In this document: piece after piece, positions 59,477-64,000 of the stretch
How the letters are laid out: each line of letters starts with the position of its first letter
Position numbering within the stretch: the stretch's first letter is position 1
Assembly: GCF_030690345.1 (NCBI RefSeq)
Contig: NZ_JAUYGV010000008.1
Coordinates: 433 to 64,432, forward strand
Source: Rheinheimera sp.
GTDB taxonomy: Bacteria; Pseudomonadota; Gammaproteobacteria; Enterobacterales; Alteromonadaceae
DNA: 64,000 nucleotides
Reading direction: 5' to 3'
The notes under the pieces: model-generated
What the model was told of the DNA's origin: nothing
What the model saw: the letters and a program-made list of their open reading frames with translations, nothing else
Databases searched by the model: none
Program-made: the position numbers and the translations under genes

Positions 59477-59860
59477 ATGACACAACAACAGTGCTCAATA
59501 TTGATAATTGATGACGCCTACACCGTGCGTGAATACTTGCGCCAAACGCTGTTACATCTGGGGATCAGTAATGTGCATGAAGCAGCGAGCGGCAGCAAAG
59601 GCTTGTCTGCGTTTAAACAACATCATCATGATTTGGTCTTTTTAGATATTGAATTGCCCGACATGAATGGCCAGCAAATTCTGCAGAAAATTAAATTACA
59701 GGCCGACAAAACCCATGTGGTGATGGTGACGGCGCATAACTCTGTGGATAATGTGCAGCAAAGTATTGCCGCCGGTGCCAGCGGTTTTATTGCCAAACCC
59801 TTTTCACCACAAAAGATAAAAAATATTGTCGACCGTTGCCTGGCAGCAAAATTAAATTAA
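59477..59860 (+). CDS. single-domain CheY-like response regulator
   Basis: 127-aa ORF: ILIIDDAYTVRE...DLVFLDIELPDMNG...VMVTAH...FIAKPF. Confidence 0.85.
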   Translation: MTQQQCSILIIDDAYTVREYLRQTLLHLGISNVHEAASGSKGLSAFKQHHHDLVFLDIELPDMNGQQILQKIKLQADKTHVVMVTAHNSVDNVQQSIAAGASGFIAKPFSPQKIKNIVDRCLAAKLN

Positions 59861-59876
59861 ATACTGTTGAATAACA

Positions 59877-59908
59877 AAGGCCGCATTGCTGCGGCCTTTT
59901 GTTTTTAT
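59877..59908. terminator. bidirectional intrinsic terminator (CheY-like gene / phytase gene)
   Basis: AAGGCCGC-attgct-GCGGCCTT followed by TTGTTTTT. It overlaps the phytase stop codon. Confidence 0.8.
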
Positions 59909-61827
59909 AGCGGCTTAAGTTGTTGCACAATATGCTGCCATGGCACCAGTTTCAGGTTTTGGCCCTGCTCCGGCATGCGGTTACGGCCATCCTGTACTAT
60001 TAATGCCCCCTGCTCAAACCCCGGCCCCAGCGAACGGGTCGTTACCTCCAGGCCATCGGTTTCAGAGCTGCCATCTATGCCCAATTGCGTATTAGTGCTG
60101 ACACGAAAGTGCAACCGCATACTATACGGCGCTACAGCATCATAAACCACATAGCTGTCGTTACCCTGGCTGGATACCACCAGATAGGTTTGCCCGCCCG
60201 CTTTTGCTAAAGCCAGGCCCTCGACATCGTCTACCAGGGTGCTACCGTCAACCAGAATGATTTTTTCACCGTTAGCAGTAGCATCCGCTTCAGCCGCAAA
60301 GCGCCAAATACCTGCATCTTCTTCGCCGACAAATAAAGTACCGCTTTGGTCGTCCGCCACGCAGCCTTCCGGCTGCGAAGGCACCTGCAATGAGCGCACT
60401 AAAGTGCCCTGCCAGGCTGTGCCATCGCTATCGATACGGTATTGCTGAATTAAACCGGACTTATCATTAACAAACACATAGTGCTTATTGCTTTGTGTAC
60501 TCTGGTACATACACAAGCCATAAATATCATCCATCCCGGTCGCTACGTTGCCGGCATTGTGCAGCTTGCCGCTGCTATCAATAGCAAACAGCTGCAGGCT
60601 GTTATCGTCACGCAAACTGGCTACGGCAATATCGTAGGCACTACCCTGCCAGTTAAGGCCGTAGCGTACATCGACATTATTTAACCGGCCCACGCTAAGC
60701 TGCTGCACACGCTTACCCTGCATATTGTAAACATCCAGCCCGGCGCGTTTGTCAGTACCAAGGATCAGGCTAAGCTCGCTCTTAAGCGGATGATGCCACA
60801 CTGCCGGGTCGTCCATCACATCGCCACGCTGACTGGCCGCTTCGGTCTGCAGTGTTGGCTGCAGCTGCGTTATTGCCGCTTTAGGGCTACGCTCATTTGC
60901 CAGCGGCAGTGTTAGCGATAACTGCTGCACCGCTTCAGCATCTTCGCTGCTGATATAGGCTGTCGCGGTGTTGTTCCGCATACTGACAGCTAAACCGCTG
61001 GCCCCGGCCAACGCCGGGACAGCGGCGGCGCTGCGCAGTTGGCCGTCGCTGTTAATCAGCAATAACCTGGCAGGCTGCTCTTCCAGTGCCAGCAGACTGC
61101 CGTCAGGCAAGGTTTGCAGCGCTTTTACTTCGCCTTGCAACTGACCAAAGGGTTTATTTACCTGCACTAAACTGCGGCCTTCGTCAGCTTCAGGTTCAGC
61201 CTGGTAACGCCAGATAGCTCGGTCTGCCTCGGCAACATAAAGTACGCCTGCCGTTTGATCCACCACACAGGCCGTGCTGCCATAAGGTATATTCAGCTCA
61301 CGTATTACCAGCGGTTGTGTCAGCCACTGTTGCTGCTGTTGCAGTAGCAACTGATCTGCTCCGCCGCGGCCACCGAGTAAAAACAGGCTGAGCTGCTGGT
61401 TTTCGCTACTGTGATAAAAACACAGATCGTCTACTACCCGGCTGCTGATCAGCTGTTGCTGCACCAACTGCAGCGGCGTTGGCTCTGCCGGGGCAAAACG
61501 CCATATATACAGGCTGTTACTGTTGTCATCCATCGCGGCCAGTAGCAGGCTATCGTTGCCAAGCGGCTGCACGGTCAGGCGGATAAAAGCACCGTTGTAA
61601 CGGCTAAGCACAGTGGCACCCTGTTGCACTTGTAACCCTGTCGCATCAGTAAACAGCTGATATTCAGCGCCCGCCAGTTGCACCTCGTGATAATGACTGG
61701 CATTAACCGCTAACGCCTGTGCTGCCGGCGCCGGTGTCTGCTCAGTGCCGGCCTGACAAGCACTGAGCAGTGCAGCTAACGCCAGGCTCAGCACACTTAA
61801 TTGAAACATATTTTTATTGCTTAACAT
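59905..61827 (-). CDS. tandem beta-propeller phytase (3-phytase family)
   Basis: 640-aa ORF with a signal peptide and lipobox-like LLSAC. The C-terminal domain carries DDPAVWHHP..., ...DVEGLAL... and FVGEEDAGIWRF, the BPP phytase signatures. The N-terminal half is a degenerate second propeller (LYVAEADRAIWRY). Confidence 0.85.
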   Translation of the reverse strand: MLSNKNMFQLSVLSLALAALLSACQAGTEQTPAPAAQALAVNASHYHEVQLAGAEYQLFTDATGLQVQQGATVLSRYNGAFIRLTVQPLGNDSLLLAAMDDNSNSLYIWRFAPAEPTPLQLVQQQLISSRVVDDLCFYHSSENQQLSLFLLGGRGGADQLLLQQQQQWLTQPLVIRELNIPYGSTACVVDQTAGVLYVAEADRAIWRYQAEPEADEGRSLVQVNKPFGQLQGEVKALQTLPDGSLLALEEQPARLLLINSDGQLRSAAAVPALAGASGLAVSMRNNTATAYISSEDAEAVQQLSLTLPLANERSPKAAITQLQPTLQTEAASQRGDVMDDPAVWHHPLKSELSLILGTDKRAGLDVYNMQGKRVQQLSVGRLNNVDVRYGLNWQGSAYDIAVASLRDDNSLQLFAIDSSGKLHNAGNVATGMDDIYGLCMYQSTQSNKHYVFVNDKSGLIQQYRIDSDGTAWQGTLVRSLQVPSQPEGCVADDQSGTLFVGEEDAGIWRFAAEADATANGEKIILVDGSTLVDDVEGLALAKAGGQTYLVVSSQGNDSYVVYDAVAPYSMRLHFRVSTNTQLGIDGSSETDGLEVTTRSLGPGFEQGALIVQDGRNRMPEQGQNLKLVPWQHIVQQLKPL

Positions 61828-61841
61828 TGTGCTTCCCTTGC

Positions 61842-64000
61842 TTACCAGTTGGTGATCTGCACGCCCAGCACAAAGGTGCGGCCATATTGCTCATACTGGA
61901 AGTTATAAGGCGTACGGCCTGTGTAGGCGTAATAAGGTTCGTCGTTAATATTTATCACGTTAAAATACAACTGCATACCACGACGAAGGGTCCATTTGCC
62001 GGTAAAATCGAGCTGCATATGGTCATCAGAATAGACATCGTAAGCCGCATCGGTAACATCGCCCACTTCGGCCAGATACTTCGATTTATAGTTGGCGGCC
62101 AGGCGCAGGCTAATCACATCGGTTTCATAGCCGATGCTCAGGTTAGCGGTTTTATCCGACTGGCTGGGCAGCGCCACTTCACGGCTAAATAACGCCCCAT
62201 CGTCAAACCATTCAATATCGGCGGCAGAATCCGTTAATGTCAGGTTGGCGGACAACAACAGGTTATCCAGCCAATTGCCAAAACCCGACAGCTGATGAAT
62301 AGCGTTCAGTTCCAGGCCGTATAAATCGGCCTTACCACCGTTAACATAGGTTTCGGCTACCGCAAAGTCGGCATACGCGCCACGGCCGGCCAAATCAGCT
62401 TCGTAGATAAAATTATCAATTTGCTTGTAAAACAACATGGCAGAGAGCACGCCCAGTTTGTCGGCATAATGCTCGATACCCAGGTCAAAGTTATTTGACG
62501 TCAGCGCTTTTAACTCCGGGTTACCAAAGGTAGCTTCGAGCTCATCGTCATCTTCTTCCAGGATAAAGGCCGGCGATAGCTGCTCAAAGTTAGGCCTTAC
62601 CAAACCGGTGCTGAACGCCGCCCGCACTATACTTTGCTCCGACAGGTTATAGCGCCCTACTACGGCCGGTAACCAGTAACCTTCAGAACTACTTACCTGA
62701 TTGGCACTGAATACTTCTTCTATAGCATCATAGCGGCTACCTGTTGCTTCACGTTTCTCGTGCTCATAACGCACACCGGTAATCAGCTGCCAGTTATCCC
62801 GCTCCCACTGCGCCATAAAGTACGCCGCGCTGATATCTTCATCTACCTGGTAGTCGTTAATTTGTGACTCAACTTCGTCAATAAAATCGGCACGGTCTAA
62901 GCTGCTAACCAGCTGATAAATACTGCCGCTATTGATGGCAGCGCCCATGTTGCCCAAGCCGTAATCCACCGCGGCGCCGGCATAATCACTCAGGCTTAGC
63001 GCGCTAATGCCGGAATCTTCAAAGTCTTCAAACAGCCAAACATCCTCTTCGGCGCTTTTCTCACGCTGGCTGAATTTGGCCCCGCCTTTTAACAGCACGC
63101 TGCCGTGGCGCTGAATAATCTCGCGGCTTAGATCAAACTTAATATTGCGTTCGGTTTCTTCGGCGTAGGTATCGCCCATCTCAACTTCTTTCAGCTCATA
63201 ACCATCGGTAAGCACGGCCTCTGCCGGCGCAGTAAGCCGCAGTATCTTGCTACCGCTAAAGCCGACGCCGTCGTCCAATTCTTGCTCAAAATCAGCCGCG
63301 CCGATATTAAACGGCGTATCTTCATCGGCTTTACTGGCGCCGGCTTCCAACAACCATTCCCAGCTGCCGGAAATTTGTTTGGTACCAATCACCAGTGCGC
63401 TGATGCTCTGAGTTTCTTCACGCTGCTTCAGTGAGCGGATAAGCTCAGCACCACCACTGTTGCCGGCAAATTGTGGATCGGCCAATTCCACTATCATGCC
63501 CTGGCGCGTTTCGGTGTCACTAAAACGGCTGTAGAGGCTACGCAGGTAGTATTCGTTATTGTTACCCGGCCGGTAATCGACATTTAGTGCCAAACCAATA
63601 CGCTCGCGGCTAATGTTATAATCACGCAGTTCAAACTCTTCCAGTCCCTCGTCAAAATCCCAGCTGCCGCCGGTCTCAACGTTTTCAGAGCCGAATTTAC
63701 GCTCGGCGTAACTGGCTGCGATGGCGATACCTAAACTATCAGTTTCACCAGCGGCATCCAGTATCTTGCTAAACACACCGGAGACCTTCGGGCTGGTTTT
63801 ACTTTGCTGCTCGTTATAGCCGGCTTCTGCAGTAAAGGAATAAAAATCGTTGCTGCGATCAAAGGCCGACAAGCTTTTAATTTCTACCGTACCGCCTAAG
63901 GACCCGGCCGGCATATCCGGTGTCAGGGTTTTGTTTACTTCTACTGATTCGAGCAGATCCGATGGGATCACATCCAGCGCTACTGCGCGGCGACCCGCTT
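61842..64000 (-). CDS. TonB-dependent receptor (5' end beyond window)
   Basis: The frame stays open to position 64000 (upstream codons read ...GRRAVALDVIPSDLLESVEV..., the end of the plug domain). There is a long beta-barrel and a C-terminal ...RTFVLGVQITNW aromatic terminus. Confidence 0.9.
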   Translation of the reverse strand, partial: AGRRAVALDVIPSDLLESVEVNKTLTPDMPAGSLGGTVEIKSLSAFDRSNDFYSFTAEAGYNEQQSKTSPKVSGVFSKILDAAGETDSLGIAIAASYAERKFGSENVETGGSWDFDEGLEEFELRDYNISRERIGLALNVDYRPGNNNEYYLRSLYSRFSDTETRQGMIVELADPQFAGNSGGAELIRSLKQREETQSISALVIGTKQISGSWEWLLEAGASKADEDTPFNIGAADFEQELDDGVGFSGSKILRLTAPAEAVLTDGYELKEVEMGDTYAEETERNIKFDLSREIIQRHGSVLLKGGAKFSQREKSAEEDVWLFEDFEDSGISALSLSDYAGAAVDYGLGNMGAAINSGSIYQLVSSLDRADFIDEVESQINDYQVDEDISAAYFMAQWERDNWQLITGVRYEHEKREATGSRYDAIEEVFSANQVSSSEGYWLPAVVGRYNLSEQSIVRAAFSTGLVRPNFEQLSPAFILEEDDDELEATFGNPELKALTSNNFDLGIEHYADKLGVLSAMLFYKQIDNFIYEADLAGRGAYADFAVAETYVNGGKADLYGLELNAIHQLSGFGNWLDNLLLSANLTLTDSAADIEWFDDGALFSREVALPSQSDKTANLSIGYETDVISLRLAANYKSKYLAEVGDVTDAAYDVYSDDHMQLDFTGKWTLRRGMQLYFNVININDEPYYAYTGRTPYNFQYEQYGRTFVLGVQITNW

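Overview
This is a 64-kb chromosomal window from a gammaproteobacterium, about 50-55% G+C by hand count of a few lines. Gene order is strongly syntenic with E. coli. Family names come from motifs I recognise by eye; no searches were run.

Gene content, in order:
- Positions 1-17 kb carry the conserved lpxA-fabZ-lpxD-skp-bamA-rseP-dxr-cdsA-uppS-frr-pyrH-tsf-rpsB block on the minus strand, then divergent map-glnD-dapD.
- Next come cysZ, a PPK2-family kinase, and the yqcA-truC-yqcC and syd/queF/ppnN/xni blocks mixed with small DUF-type genes.
- Then an NAD-type isocitrate dehydrogenase, a purine-salvage cluster (deoB-deoD-gpt plus a deaminase) and a prolyl oligopeptidase.
- A tRNA Phe-Thr-Phe cluster follows, then a hybrid sensor kinase and a secreted endonuclease I fusion.
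- The glyoxylate-shunt genes aceA and aceB are split by a LysR regulator.
- The window ends with a PAS-MCP, a DUF4397 lipoprotein, a CpxRA-like two-component pair, a CheY-like receiver, a tandem beta-propeller phytase and a partial TonB-dependent receptor.

I found no CRISPR array, transposase, integrase, or recognisable defence or toxin-antitoxin system.

Most notable observations:
- Two small cargo insertions share one unusual topology: intact host gene, then cargo, then a diverged direct-repeat copy of that gene's 3' end.
  - The first is a ~1.1-kb AT-rich islet in yqcA. It carries an ORF for a 55-aa secreted Cys/Gly-rich peptide that is missing from the ORF track, plus a 231-aa membrane-anchored protein.
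  - The second is a 2.9-kb insert after the hybrid kinase, carrying an 876-aa lipoprotein gene. Its 71-bp repeat differs from the kinase's own 3' end only at 5 synonymous third-codon positions.
- Two GC-rich, highly structured non-coding elements may belong to an intergenic repeat family or be cis-regulatory RNAs: a 98-nt rod-like hairpin upstream of the deaminase, and a ~330-bp element between lysR and aceB.
- A tiny SD-preceded 20-codon ORF with its own terminator lies upstream of a diguanylate cyclase gene.
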